Shown here piece by piece: positions 13,382 through 24,342 of a stretch of 64,000 nucleotides of DNA. Under the pieces are notes generated by a model, which ran no database searches, was not told where the DNA came from, and was given only the letters and a program-made list of their open reading frames with translations. The stretch is from Azolla caroliniana (lineage: Eukaryota > Plantae > Polypodiophyta), in assembly GCA_043228905.1 (NCBI GenBank), contig JBHGNT010000010.1, positions 18,042,001-18,106,000 on the forward strand, read 5' to 3'. Position 1 is the first letter of the stretch, and each line of letters starts with the position of its first letter. A program made the translations under genes and the position numbers.

Positions 13382-16300
13382 TCACTTCGGCATGGGATGT
13401 CTTTCCAGTCCGACCCTCTTCCGGCACGCTTCCAGCTTGTCGGGTGTGAGCACTTTGGTCAGCATATCTGACCCGTTCTCGTCCGTGTGGATCTTCGTCA
13501 GCACGAACTCCTGGTCTTCTATCCTTTCCCGGATCCAGTGATATCTTCGCTGGATGTGCTTCGTCCGGGAGTGATAGGCCGTATTCTTCGCAAGGTGGAT
13601 GGCACTCTGACTGTCGCAGTAAAGTCGGTACTCCTCCTGCCGGATACCGAGCTCTCTAATGAAGTCCTTCATCCATATTATTTCCTTGCCGGCTTCAACA
13701 GCCGCCATGTACTCCGCCTCCGTGGTCGACAACGCAACCGTTTTCTGCAGCCTCGACTGCCACGAAACAGCTCCCCCTGCATACGTCATCACATACCCTG
13801 ATGTGGACCGGCTGGTATCTGCATCAGCCGACATATCCGAATCGGTAAAGCCGTCGAGTTCGGGCTTACCGGAGCCGAATCGGAGGCACACGTTTGCCGT
13901 GCCCTTCAGGTATCGGAGTATCCACTTGGCCGCGTTCCAGTGCTCTTTGCCGGGATTGCTCATGTACCGGCTCACCACTCCGACTGCATATCCTATGTCC
14001 GGTCTTGTACACACCATTGCGTACATCAAGCTTCCGACGGCAGAGGCATATGGTACTTTCATCATGTCCTCCTTCTCAGCCTTTGTCTTGGGGCTTTGCT
14101 TGCTGGACAACCTGCAGTTTGCCGGGAGGGTTGACCCGACCGGTCTTGCTTCCGACATGTTGAACCAGTGAAGCACCTTTGTCACGTACTTCTCCTGTGA
14201 CAGCCACAACTGCTTCTTCTTCCGGTCCTGGATGATGTGCATCCCTAGTATTTGCCTCGCCGGACCCAGGTCCTTCATTGAGAAGGTTCCGTGAAGCGCT
14301 TTCTTCAGCATCCGTATCTTGCCCTGGTCCCGTCCGACGATCAACATGTCGTCCACGTACAGGAGGAGTATTAGAAAGTCTCCTCCTTCGAACTTCTTCA
14401 CAAACACGCAGTGATCGGACTGCGTTTTGTGGTACCCTTCGTCGGTCATGAAAGAGTCGAACTTCCGGTACCATTGCCGGGGAGCCTGCTTCAGTCCGTA
14501 AAGGCTCTTCTTCAACCGGCATACCAGGTGCTCCTTCCCTTTCTTCTCGAATCCTTCCGGTTGCTGCATGTAGATCTCTTCTTCGAGGTCACCGTGAAGG
14601 AATGCCGTCTTCACGTCCATCTGTTCTACCTCGAGGTCCATGCTTGCCGCTATGCTCAGCACCGTCCGGATGGAGGTCATCTTCACTACTGGGGCAAATA
14701 TCTCGTCGAAGTCGACGCCCTTCTTCTGCTGGAACCCCTTCACCACGATCCTGGCTTTGTATCTCGGGGGGTTTCCGGCATCTCCCGGTTTCAGCTTGAA
14801 CACCCACTTGTTTCGAAGTGCCCGCTTTCCTTTCGGCAACTCCACAAGTTCATATGTGTGGTTCTCATGCAGGGAATCCATCTCCTCCTGCATGGCACTT
14901 AACCACCTGCGGCTATGGGTGTCAAGCTTTGCTTCTTCAAAACTCTCCGGCTCCCCCTCGTCGGTTAGCAGCACGTGCTCTGGTTCCGGAAATCTCCGGG
15001 GGGGCCTTCTCTCTCTTAGAGGATATCTCCGTTCCGGAGCTTCGGTAACCGGCTCCTCCGTTTCCTCTTCATCCGAATCCATTTCGGGATCGGGGCCGGT
15101 TCCGGTATCAGTTTCATCTTCCTCGGCCGGTTCTATTTCTTCACCGTCTTCGGCCGGATCCTCGAGTGCTAACCGGTCCCTTGCCGGTCGGGACTGCTCC
15201 TCGTAGAGTTGATCCTCACTGGTCGACTTGGAGCTCTTCATCTTCTTCTCCGACTCCCAGTCGGCGAGTGTCTTGTCCTCCATGAAGATGATATCACGAC
15301 TCCGGAATATCTTTTTGTCGACCGGGTCCCATACTCGGTAGCCGAACTCGTCATCGCCGTAACCGAGGAATATGCATGGCCGGGTCTTTGGATCTAGCTT
15401 TCCTCTCCGGTCCTTTGCCACATGCACATATGCGAGACACCCGAACACCTTCAGATGCCGGTAGGATACTTCCCTACCGGTCCACACTCTCTGCGGCGTG
15501 TCTCCGTCCAAAGGTACTGAGGGTGATCTGTTTATCACGTATGTCGCCGTCGACATTGCCTCAGCCCAAAACCCCTTGGGTAATTTCGCATGCGCCAGCA
15601 TACTCCGGACCCTCTCCATTATGGTCCGGTTCATCCTCTCGGCCAGCCCGTTCAGTTCCGGCGTCTTCGGCACAGTAAACTCGAGCCGGATTCCCTTCGA
15701 GCGACAGTACTCCTTGAACTGCCCCCGGTATTCCCCTCCGTTATCCGCTCGTATCGCTTTCAGCTTCTTGCCGGATTCCCTTTCCACTCTCGCGTGGAGT
15801 TCTTTGAAGACGCACAACACTTGGTCCTTTGTCTTCAACGGTGCCGTCCACAGCTTCCGGCTGTGGTCATCAATGAATGTCACGAAGTACTGGACTCCGC
15901 CATGTGACTTCGTTTCTACGTGACACACGTCAGTGTGCACCAACTCCAATGGTGCGCTACGTCTCGTCGGTGGCCTTGAGTGGAAGGAGGTTCGGTTCTG
16001 CTTACCGGCCAGGCAATCGGTGCACTTCTCCAGGTGCACATGCTTCACTGGAATAAGGTTGTCTTCTGCAAGCCTCTTCATCCCCTTCTCACTCATGTGG
16101 CCCAGTCTCTTGTGCCACAACTCACCGGCAGTATCGGCTGCCACGTTCAACTCCTCCGGACACAACCAGGCATTCATAAGGTATAGTGTGTTGACTTTCC
16201 GGGCCCGAGCCACTATCAGGCTCCCCTTGCTGAACTTCATTACGCAGTTCCAGATGCTACCTATGTAGCCTTCATCGTCTAGCCTCCCGGCCGAAATCAG

Positions 16301-17455
16301 GTTCAATCGAACCTCCGGAACGTGTCGGACATCCTTCAGCAACATTTTGCATCCGGTCGAGGTTGTCAACCACACGTCTCCTATGCCGGCAATCCGGCAC
16401 GTACCTTCATTTCCCATCTGAACGCAGCCATGCTCACCGGCTGTATAGGATGAGAAGTATCTTCTTTCCGGGGTCAGGTGGAACGACGCTCCGGAATCGA
16501 CCACCCAGGTAGTCTCATCGCCGGCAATGTTTAGTTCACCTTCTTCGGTGATGAGCATGATCTCCTCTTCACTTGCCGCGAGTGCCGTCGTTCCTTTCCG
16601 GTCCTGCCCTCGCCGATCCGAACCATTCCGGTCCGTGGCTCCCCGGTAAGCACCGTTCCGTTCCGAAGACTTCTTCGAATCGGTGTCGTCGGCTCCGTTG
16701 TCTTTTCGGTAATGCCGACAATTCTTTCGGAAGTGCCCCGGCTTCCCACAGTGGAAGCATGTGGGCCTTCCTCTTGACTGCGACCGGGTCCCCGACTTCT
16801 CCCGTCTTTGCGGACTCCGGTTCCGTTGTCTTCCCCGATCCGATTCGGTAAGCAGCATCTTCGGATCGGAGGCCGGTTCTTTATCTCTCCGACGCGCTTC
16901 TTCGTTCAAAATGCTTGTCTTTACCGTTTGTAAGGACAAGTTATCTTCGGTGCAGGAGGTGCTGAGAGTCACCACCAAGTTCTCCCAGCTTTCCGGCAAT
17001 GTACACATCAGAATGATGGCTTGCATTGCATCCTCCAACGGGAACTTGATCGCCGCAAGCTGGTTCACGAATCCCATGAACGTGCTTACGTGTTCCACCA
17101 TACTCTCGCCGTCCCGGTACTTGAGGTTCACTATCTTCCTCATCAGGGAGGTCCGGTTCAACGCATTCTTCCTCTCGTAGAGGCCCGACAGCTTCTGCCA
17201 CATCTCATATGCGTTGGTGTCGTTTGCCACATGTTGTAGAACGCTCACGTCGACGTATTGCCGAATGGTTGCAACGGCTTTCCGGTTCAGAAGCCTCCAT
17301 TCCGTCTCAAGTACCCCCTTGGGTATTTCCGACCTGTCGATCGGTTCATACAGGTCCCGAACAATGAGCAGATCCTCCATCTTTATCTTCCAGTCGGCGT
17401 AGTTCTGCGCATTCAGCACCATCATCCCCGGCTGCCCGCTGCTGCCGCCTTCCAT
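13382..17455 (-). CDS. Gag-Pol polyprotein (Gag, CCHC knuckle, protease, integrase, RT, RNase H)
   Basis: First ATG at 17455; CFHCGKPGHFRKNC, VVDSGAS, HTDV...ADNGGEY...NGLAERMNRT, LLYVDDML, GFTDSD, TKHIQRRYH; copia domain order. Confidence 0.97.
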   Translation of the reverse strand: MEGGSSGQPGMMVLNAQNYADWKIKMEDLLIVRDLYEPIDRSEIPKGVLETEWRLLNRKAVATIRQYVDVSVLQHVANDTNAYEMWQKLSGLYERKNALNRTSLMRKIVNLKYRDGESMVEHVSTFMGFVNQLAAIKFPLEDAMQAIILMCTLPESWENLVVTLSTSCTEDNLSLQTVKTSILNEEARRRDKEPASDPKMLLTESDRGRQRNRSPQRREKSGTRSQSRGRPTCFHCGKPGHFRKNCRHYRKDNGADDTDSKKSSERNGAYRGATDRNGSDRRGQDRKGTTALAASEEEIMLITEEGELNIAGDETTWVVDSGASFHLTPERRYFSSYTAGEHGCVQMGNEGTCRIAGIGDVWLTTSTGCKMLLKDVRHVPEVRLNLISAGRLDDEGYIGSIWNCVMKFSKGSLIVARARKVNTLYLMNAWLCPEELNVAADTAGELWHKRLGHMSEKGMKRLAEDNLIPVKHVHLEKCTDCLAGKQNRTSFHSRPPTRRSAPLELVHTDVCHVETKSHGGVQYFVTFIDDHSRKLWTAPLKTKDQVLCVFKELHARVERESGKKLKAIRADNGGEYRGQFKEYCRSKGIRLEFTVPKTPELNGLAERMNRTIMERVRSMLAHAKLPKGFWAEAMSTATYVINRSPSVPLDGDTPQRVWTGREVSYRHLKVFGCLAYVHVAKDRRGKLDPKTRPCIFLGYGDDEFGYRVWDPVDKKIFRSRDIIFMEDKTLADWESEKKMKSSKSTSEDQLYEEQSRPARDRLALEDPAEDGEEIEPAEEDETDTGTGPDPEMDSDEEETEEPVTEAPERRYPLRERRPPRRFPEPEHVLLTDEGEPESFEEAKLDTHSRRWLSAMQEEMDSLHENHTYELVELPKGKRALRNKWVFKLKPGDAGNPPRYKARIVVKGFQQKKGVDFDEIFAPVVKMTSIRTVLSIAASMDLEVEQMDVKTAFLHGDLEEEIYMQQPEGFEKKGKEHLVCRLKKSLYGLKQAPRQWYRKFDSFMTDEGYHKTQSDHCVFVKKFEGGDFLILLLYVDDMLIVGRDQGKIRMLKKALHGTFSMKDLGPARQILGMHIIQDRKKKQLWLSQEKYVTKVLHWFNMSEARPVGSTLPANCRLSSKQSPKTKAEKEDMMKVPYASAVGSLMYAMVCTRPDIGYAVGVVSRYMSNPGKEHWNAAKWILRYLKGTANVCLRFGSGKPELDGFTDSDMSADADTSRSTSGYVMTYAGGAVSWQSRLQKTVALSTTEAEYMAAVEAGKEIIWMKDFIRELGIRQEEYRLYCDSQSAIHLAKNTAYHSRTKHIQRRYHWIRERIEDQEFVLTKIHTDENGSDMLTKVLTPDKLEACRKRVGLERHPMPK

Positions 17456-17486
17456 TTTCTGCACTTGAGTCGCTCTGATACCAGAT

Positions 17487-18124
17487 TGTTAGGAAATGGA
17501 CGGTTTCAAAACCTTCACCTCTCGGCCACAACCGAGAAAACACGAATCAATGCAGAAGTAAATCAAAAACACAGAGAGAGACTCGAATGCACAGGGTTTA
17601 GCGTGGAAAACCCTAGACGGAAAAACCACGGGAGTGCAAGACTCCAACTATCACTATACGCAGGGAATGTACAATGGCGAGCTGCAAGGCGACGACCTTG
17701 AGCTCGTTGTCCTCGCCACAGGCGGCGGTATTACACAGAGGCGTCGACCTCTTCCTTTCTCTCTCTCTCTCTCTCGGCTGCTCTCACTTCGCTCCCTCTA
17801 AGTGGAAAACAGAAAAATGAGCAACAACAAAACTGTTTGCCCTAAGTCATATTTATACACATATGACTTTCGGGCTATTTACAAGTATAGCCTCGAGGGC
17901 CCTTGGCAAACATATTCACAAATATGTCCCCGCATCCGGATCTCTCTCCGGGTACATTCGTCATCCGGCTCCGTAGCCGGGGTCTTCATCATCCGGATCC
18001 GAAACCGGGTCTTCGTCATCCGGCTCCGAAACCGGGTCTTCATCGTCCGGTTCCGATACCGGGTACTCCTCATTCGATTCCCGGACATCTGACCATCCCA
18101 TCCGGAGGGACCGTAATCCCAACA
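17487..18124 (-). repeat. 5' LTR (638 bp) of the intact copia
   Basis: Adjacent to the PBS; near-identical to 12706-13371. Confidence 0.97.
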
Positions 18125-19669
18125 GTTTAGTACTATACTATCAAGAAGATTAATGTTGTTGGTGTAATTAGTACTAGTTATTTAATTAGGTGTGTAGAAC
18201 ACATATCACGTTTAGTATTACTTGTGTGCAAAATACCACGTTAGTACTAAAGTCCAATCTACATTTGTTGGATTAGATGTTAGTTCAATCTATATTACAA
18301 CGTGCCTAGTACTAGTGTTAGTAGTACATTGTTGACGATTAGTACTAGTTGTGTAACATCTCTTCTGAGTAGTACATTGTTGACGATTAGTACTAGTTGT
18401 GTAATTTGGGAACTAAGTGAGTAGTACATTGTTCATGATTAGTACTAGTGGTGTAATTTGGGAACTAAGTGAGTAATACATTGTTCACGATTAGTACTAG
18501 ATGTGTAATATGGGAACTAGGTGTAGCCTAATGATTTAGTAATGCAGTTCTTGTGACCTACATTGTATTTTTTATATCATGGTACTAACATTGAAGGTTT
18601 TTTTGTTTCTTGCAATGAATGTTGTAGTGTCAACCAATTCCACGCCAGGGAAGGTAATGGAACAACCAGCCCCTGTGCCTAAACCCTCGGTATCTGCTGC
18701 ACATTCCAAGGTTCAGGGATCATCATTACCAGTAACCTATGAGTTTAATGATGAAGATGAATGTATGAGAAGGGCCATTGGAGCAGTGGACCATATGCTT
18801 CTACAAACAAATTCCCCAAGCTTCGGTCAACATCAAAACAATCCATGTAACACAAATTGAGTTAGCATATCTTAATTCTCATTTGTGTGTAAGTTGAATG
18901 CCTAATGTCTTTAAAAAAGAGCCCACTAAGAAGAGGAATGCTGCAAGAAAGTTGTATGGAAAGGGCAAGAAAGGCAGAGTTGAATGCAATGGTGAGTCAC
19001 ATATGTTCTCACCTGTCCAGAGAATTGTCAACCTAATGCATTGTCTAATACCATGTACTTGTGTTACTAGCTGATGAAGAAATGATCTTTGGTGAGGGAG
19101 ATACGAGTCCAAAACCTGATCATGAAGACAAATTTATCACACTCCCAGGTACACGTCAAAAGCCCTCTAAGAAAACAATGATTTAGATCATAACAACCCT
19201 ATTATAGTGGTGCTTTTGGTGCATTCTATGAATTATACTATTATGAAATCTTCTATTGACAATGAGCTCCAACCTGTTGAACACTTAGATGTTGTGGAGA
19301 AGATGACCGAGCCTACCACTTGCAATGGGTTGTCTACGGCTCTATAGTATGACGATGTAACAATAGGTAAAAAAATGTGGCTATTAACCCTATGTTCATT
19401 GTTGTTGGTATGTTTGCAAAATTTTGAGTATGTGAATTGATACTAATATTCTCTGGAATCCCATTATTTAGGTTTACAAGAGCAGTTTGATTCCCAACTG
19501 CAATCAAATGAATTGGGAACTATATGGAGGACAAGTGCAGAGTCAGATTCTGGGATTAACCTTTGCACGGAGGCAGACTCTAGGAGCACATCTTCCACAC
19601 ATGAGGACTGTGAAAAAAAGGAAGCATTCATATTTGAAGAGCAGTTGGCATGTACAAACAACAATTTGT

Positions 19670-20260
19670 CTAAAGAAGCCCATGAGTGTGGAAAGAATAT
19701 CGCTAGTACTGAAGAGGAGCCTGATTGTACTAAGAATGTGCTAGTAGTGTCTAAAGAATCCCATGAGGAGTGTGGAAAGAATATCGCTAGTACTGAAGAG
19801 GAACCTGATTGTACTGAGAATGTGCTAGTAGTGTCTATAGAAGCCCATGAGTGTGGAAAGAATATAGCTAGTAATGAAGAGGAGCCTGATTGTACTAAGA
19901 ACGAGCATACTAGCATCACCCATGAGGACTAGGCAATAAAGACCACCCAAGAAGGGGGGCACGGTTGTCTTAAGAATGAGGTGACAGCCACCGTACAAGA
20001 GGAGTTGACCATGAGTACTGCCACAACCCACATACATGAGTCTAATTGTACTAAAAATGAGTATACTAGCATCACCAATGATGATAAGGCAATAAAGACC
20101 ACCCAAGAAGGAGAGCACAGTGGTCTTAAGAATGAGGTGACTATCACCGGCCAAGAGGAATTCACCATGAGTACTGCTATAGCCCACATACAGGAGCCTA
20201 ATTGTACTGAGAATGAGCATACTAGCAACAACATGAGTACTAAAACAACCCACATACAGG
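19670..20260 (+). repeat. Coding tandem repeats in the accessory gene
   Basis: Three ~81-84 bp units (ECGKNIASTEEEPDCTxN) followed by two ~160-bp units. Confidence 0.8.
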
Positions 20261-22384
20261 AGATGAGTGATAATTTGACTATCAACAGTACCTTTGTGGA
20301 TGTGTGTACAAGCATTGCAGTTGCAGAAAACATAGTTTCTCTCTCAAGCTTGCCACTGGTACAAGGTGTCCGTACATCCACACATGTCTCTGATGCCTCT
20401 GATGATGAAATTCCACTTAGTAAGTTGATACCTAAAGGCTTTAAGATAAAGAAGAATGTAAAATCACAAAACACTAGCACCAATAACAAGCGCATTACAA
20501 GATCGGTGAAATTGTGAAATGGTGCCTGATTGTCTTTCGATTGTACTTGAACTATAGATGAACTGTTAGTGATGTCTGAACTTGAACTATTTGGTATACC
20601 AAAATACTGTCTAAATTGCTAATGTGAAATGTTGTACTGACTCTAGTTCACTCATCTAGTGTTGTTAACATAATGTGAAATTCTATATTGCCAATTGCAG
20701 AGAATGAGAATGTATTCTATTGTTAATTGTCATGTAGCCATGATTGTGTTGAACTACAACTGAACTGTTACTAGCGTACTGTCTAAATTGCCCCTGTGAA
20801 ATGTTGTGAAGATCATATCACTCATCTAGTGCTGTAGTGTAATGTGAAATTCTATATTGCTAATTGTAGAGAATGAGAATGGTTTCTATTGTCAATTGTC
20901 ATGCAGCCATGAATGTAGTAGGGAACAATTTGACATTCATATTAGTACTAAAATAAGATGTATGCATCTGTCTAACTGAGATACTTCGGGAGACTACTAT
21001 GTATTAGTGAACACTTACAATTGACATTAGTACTAAACTAATATGTATATTGATACTTGCGAAGTATGGTCTCCTTGAGTGCACATAGTCATAGTCGAAT
21101 AGAGACTTAACACAACAGGGATTAGACTATTGGTATTGATAGTTGAATAAGTTTGGGCCATATTTATGCTACTAAGTATTGAAGACTTCACACCCTAAAC
21201 CATAGAATTGATAGTTGAATAAGTTTGGGCCATATTGATGCTACTAAGTATTGAAGACTTCACACCCTAAACCATAGAAACAAGCAACTCTATAATTACC
21301 ATGAAGACTTTCAAAACAAGCTCAATAAATACTCTAAACACTTTAGAAGAAAGACGAAATATATCAATTCATTTGTCAATCATCAAAAATAATATATCAA
21401 TACATCAAATAGTGAACTACAAGCGGATGTTTTTCAGTTGCCAACTACAATGTATTAATAGGGTAACTTTCAAGCATTAAACAGAGAGACCTCCCCTAAT
21501 ATGTGCTCATGAACCTCTTGGGAGACCTTGTAGATAGTGTTGTATCTCTTAACCTTGTGCTTTGCTTGAGTCATATTGAACTTGATCGCAAGAATGGCAG
21601 TAGTGTAGATTATTGCGATGGGTGCATCTTTTAGTAATGCATATGTGTTCTTGCACTGCGGCAACTTTGCATAATAGTTTCCATACACGTCAGACTCACC
21701 AACGTTGAACATGTTGCCCCAGCCATCCCTCACCACTTCTTTTAATAATGTCTTTCCTTGCTTGCACACCACAATGTAGTAATCTTCTAAATCTTCATTC
21801 TGAGGAGATTTGAGCACCGCAAAATGATCTCCAACTTCCAATAAAACTGCCAAGTCTTGATGTTGGTTGTAGTATACAATATCGTTTGAATGTGCATCCT
21901 CTTCAATATCATCTTGTCGTTCAGGCTCAAGCTTCTGCAGCTTCCAAGGCTCCACAATTGATAGATTGATGCATTTATCCCAAGCTTCATCTATACACAT
22001 GGAACAAAAGCATGATAAAGTACGGAGTAACAATTGTGTTGTGTCCTTGCGGCTAAACCCTAATACACAATGGGTGCTTCGTGTGCCTTTCACGGTTTTA
22101 CAACCATATGATTTAGTTCTATCGACCTCATCAGCGCGAACCTCAACAAACAATTTGTTCTTACCATCATTTGACATCTTCCATGTTAGCCACTCCACAA
22201 CATCATGTGCATTTTGTAACTTAGCACCATTATTATCCAACTACTCACTTGTAAGGGCATGTTTGATCACAGCCCCCGCGCCATCATGCTCTCCTTTTCC
22301 ATGTCCAGACCCGAAGTAGTTCCATTGCATACGAATGTTGAATAAGGAGAAGTACCTGCTTTTGTATCCCAAGTTTCCAACAAA

Positions 22385-23500
22385 CATTAGTACTATGTTT
22401 TCAATCGAGAGTATTATACATCCATTAATACTGATTTAGTACAAATACAAAACAAAGCATAGCACAACGTATCCATGGAGAACACTCTACACTAATTAAA
22501 AGATAAATAGTACTATGTTGTCAACCAACAGTACTTAGCATCCATTAATACTAATTTAGTACGGATACAACACAAAGCATAGTACAATGTGTTCATGGAA
22601 AACACTCTACATGTATTAAAAGATAATTAGTACAAAGTCTTCAATATTGGACAGTATTATGTTGCTAACGATGAGTACTTTACATCCATTAATACTGATT
22701 TAGTACAGATAAAACATACAACACAGTACAATGTGTCCATGGAGAACACAACATGGATTAAAAGATAATTAGTACAAACTCTTCAATATATGACAGTACT
22801 ATGAGTACAAGACATGTACTTTACATCCTTCAATAAATACTGATTTAGTACAGATACAACACACAATACAATACAGTGTGTCCATGGAGAACACGCAACA
22901 TGGATTAAAAGATAATTAGTACAAACTCTTCAATATAGGACAGTACTATGAGTACAAGACATGTACTTTACATCCTTCAATAAATATTGATTTAGTACAG
23001 ATACAACACACAGTACAATACAGTGTGTCCATGGAGAACACTCAACATGGATTAAAAGATAATTAGTACAAACTCTTAAGGATGGACAATACTATGAGTA
23101 CAAGACGAGTACTGTACATCCTTCAATAAATACTAATTTAGTACAGATACAACACACAGTACAATACAATGTGTCCATGGAGAGCACTCAACATGGACTA
23201 AAAGATACTTAGTACAAACTCTTAAGAACGGCCAATACTATGAGTACAAGACGAGTACTTTACATCCTTCAATAAATATTGATTTAGTACAGATACAACA
23301 CACAATACAATACAATGTGTCCATGGAGAGCACTCAACATGGACTAAAAGATACTTAGTACAAACTCTTAAGAACGGCCAATACTATGAGTACAAGACAA
23401 GTACTTTACATCCTTCAATAAATACTAATTTAGTACAAATACAACACAAAGTACAATACAATGTGTCCATGGAGAGCACTCAACATGGACTAAAAGATAA
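22385..23500. repeat. Tandem array in transposase intron: six ~146-bp units plus shorter degenerate units
   Basis: GTGTCCATGGAG recurs with CCAT ending at 22740, 22885, 23032, 23178, 23324, 23470. Confidence 0.92.
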
Positions 23501-23517
23501 TAAACACAGATTCACGT

Positions 23518-24342
23518 TGTCGTGCCTTTCGGCTCCGGATCGTTGCGTGAGTCGGGTGGGAACCGCCGAGGTTTTGGACTAGGAGAAAGAAGAATATGAG
23601 ATGAGGCTAGTAATGAATAGATTATTAGAAAGAGAGATAGAAATTTCGTGAATCCCACGAGTGTATTGTATTCGATTAATCAATATTTAGATAAGAATAT
23701 GTATTTAGATTGAAAGAAAGATATAAGAAACTTGTGAATCCCACAAGTATAGATTATATTATTTTCGTGAATCCCACGATTATATTAATCGGTTGGTGTT
23801 TTCGGAAATATATCCAATTTCCAAATATTTCACACACCTATTACATTGTGCTCCCCATCCTTATGTAGTGATGGGAGAGACTAAGCATAGCTACATGCTT
23901 TTTTTCTAATACGGTCATGCACACTAAATGTGCATGTGATGCTTTTCTATCCTTGCTTTTATTTGCTAAATATAGTGTTCATGCACGCTAGATGTGCATG
24001 AGTCACTTTTTAGTTGCTTGCGTTTTTCTATAAAATATTCACGCACTCTAAAAATGCATGATTTACCTTTTTAATAAAGGTAGGCGCAAATAAAGCACTT
24101 ATACTTATTAAATCTATTTATAAAACACTAAAGATAAGGTAGCATAATGGTAAAGTTGAGGTTTGGCTACGTGGAGGTACAAGGTTCGAATCTTTTCCTA
24201 TGCACGTGATAAATATCTTGATATTCTTATTTTATTTATTGGTGATAAATATCTTAATATTCTTATTTTATTTATTTATATGTAATTAAATCGGTTATAT
24301 TATTTTTACTTTTTCACGTAGTGTACGAAATACACTACGACA
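23518..24342. mobile_element. Solo-LTR-like element (825 bp) with TGTCGT...ACGACA ends, 4-bp TSD and tRNA-like cassette
   Basis: Perfect TSD ACGT (23514-23517 / 24343-24346). Confidence 0.88.
24135..24203 (+). promoter_or_regulatory. tRNA-like Pol III internal promoter
   Basis: Consensus A box TAGCATAATGG 24140-24150 and B box GGTTCGAATC 24183-24192. Confidence 0.7.

Larger units (their letters stand above)
12706..18124 (-). mobile_element. Full-length intact Ty1/copia LTR retrotransposon (Tork lineage, Tnt1/Tto1-like)
   Basis: LTRs 12706-13371 and 17487-18124 (TG...CA); TSD GTTTA; PBS-iMet GCTCTGATACCA 17472-17483; PPT 13372-13381; single uninterrupted ORF. Confidence 0.98.
10669..20517 (+). 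pseudogene. Multi-exon accessory gene of the DNA transposon: charged N-terminus, coiled-coil, RING-H2 finger, repetitive acidic C-terminus
   Basis: Exon 11785-11969 (AG/GT bounded) encodes C-x2-C-x15-C-x-H-x2-H-x2-C-x10-C-x2-C; ORFs 10824-11345, 11441-11693, 18628-18860, 19513-19932, 19981-20517 broken by stops; outer exon boundaries approximate. Confidence 0.6.

Noticed and set aside
22385-23500. CRISPR-like array (also 53690-54480)
   Set aside because: Whole units repeat with no unique spacers; eukaryotic context with no cas genes.
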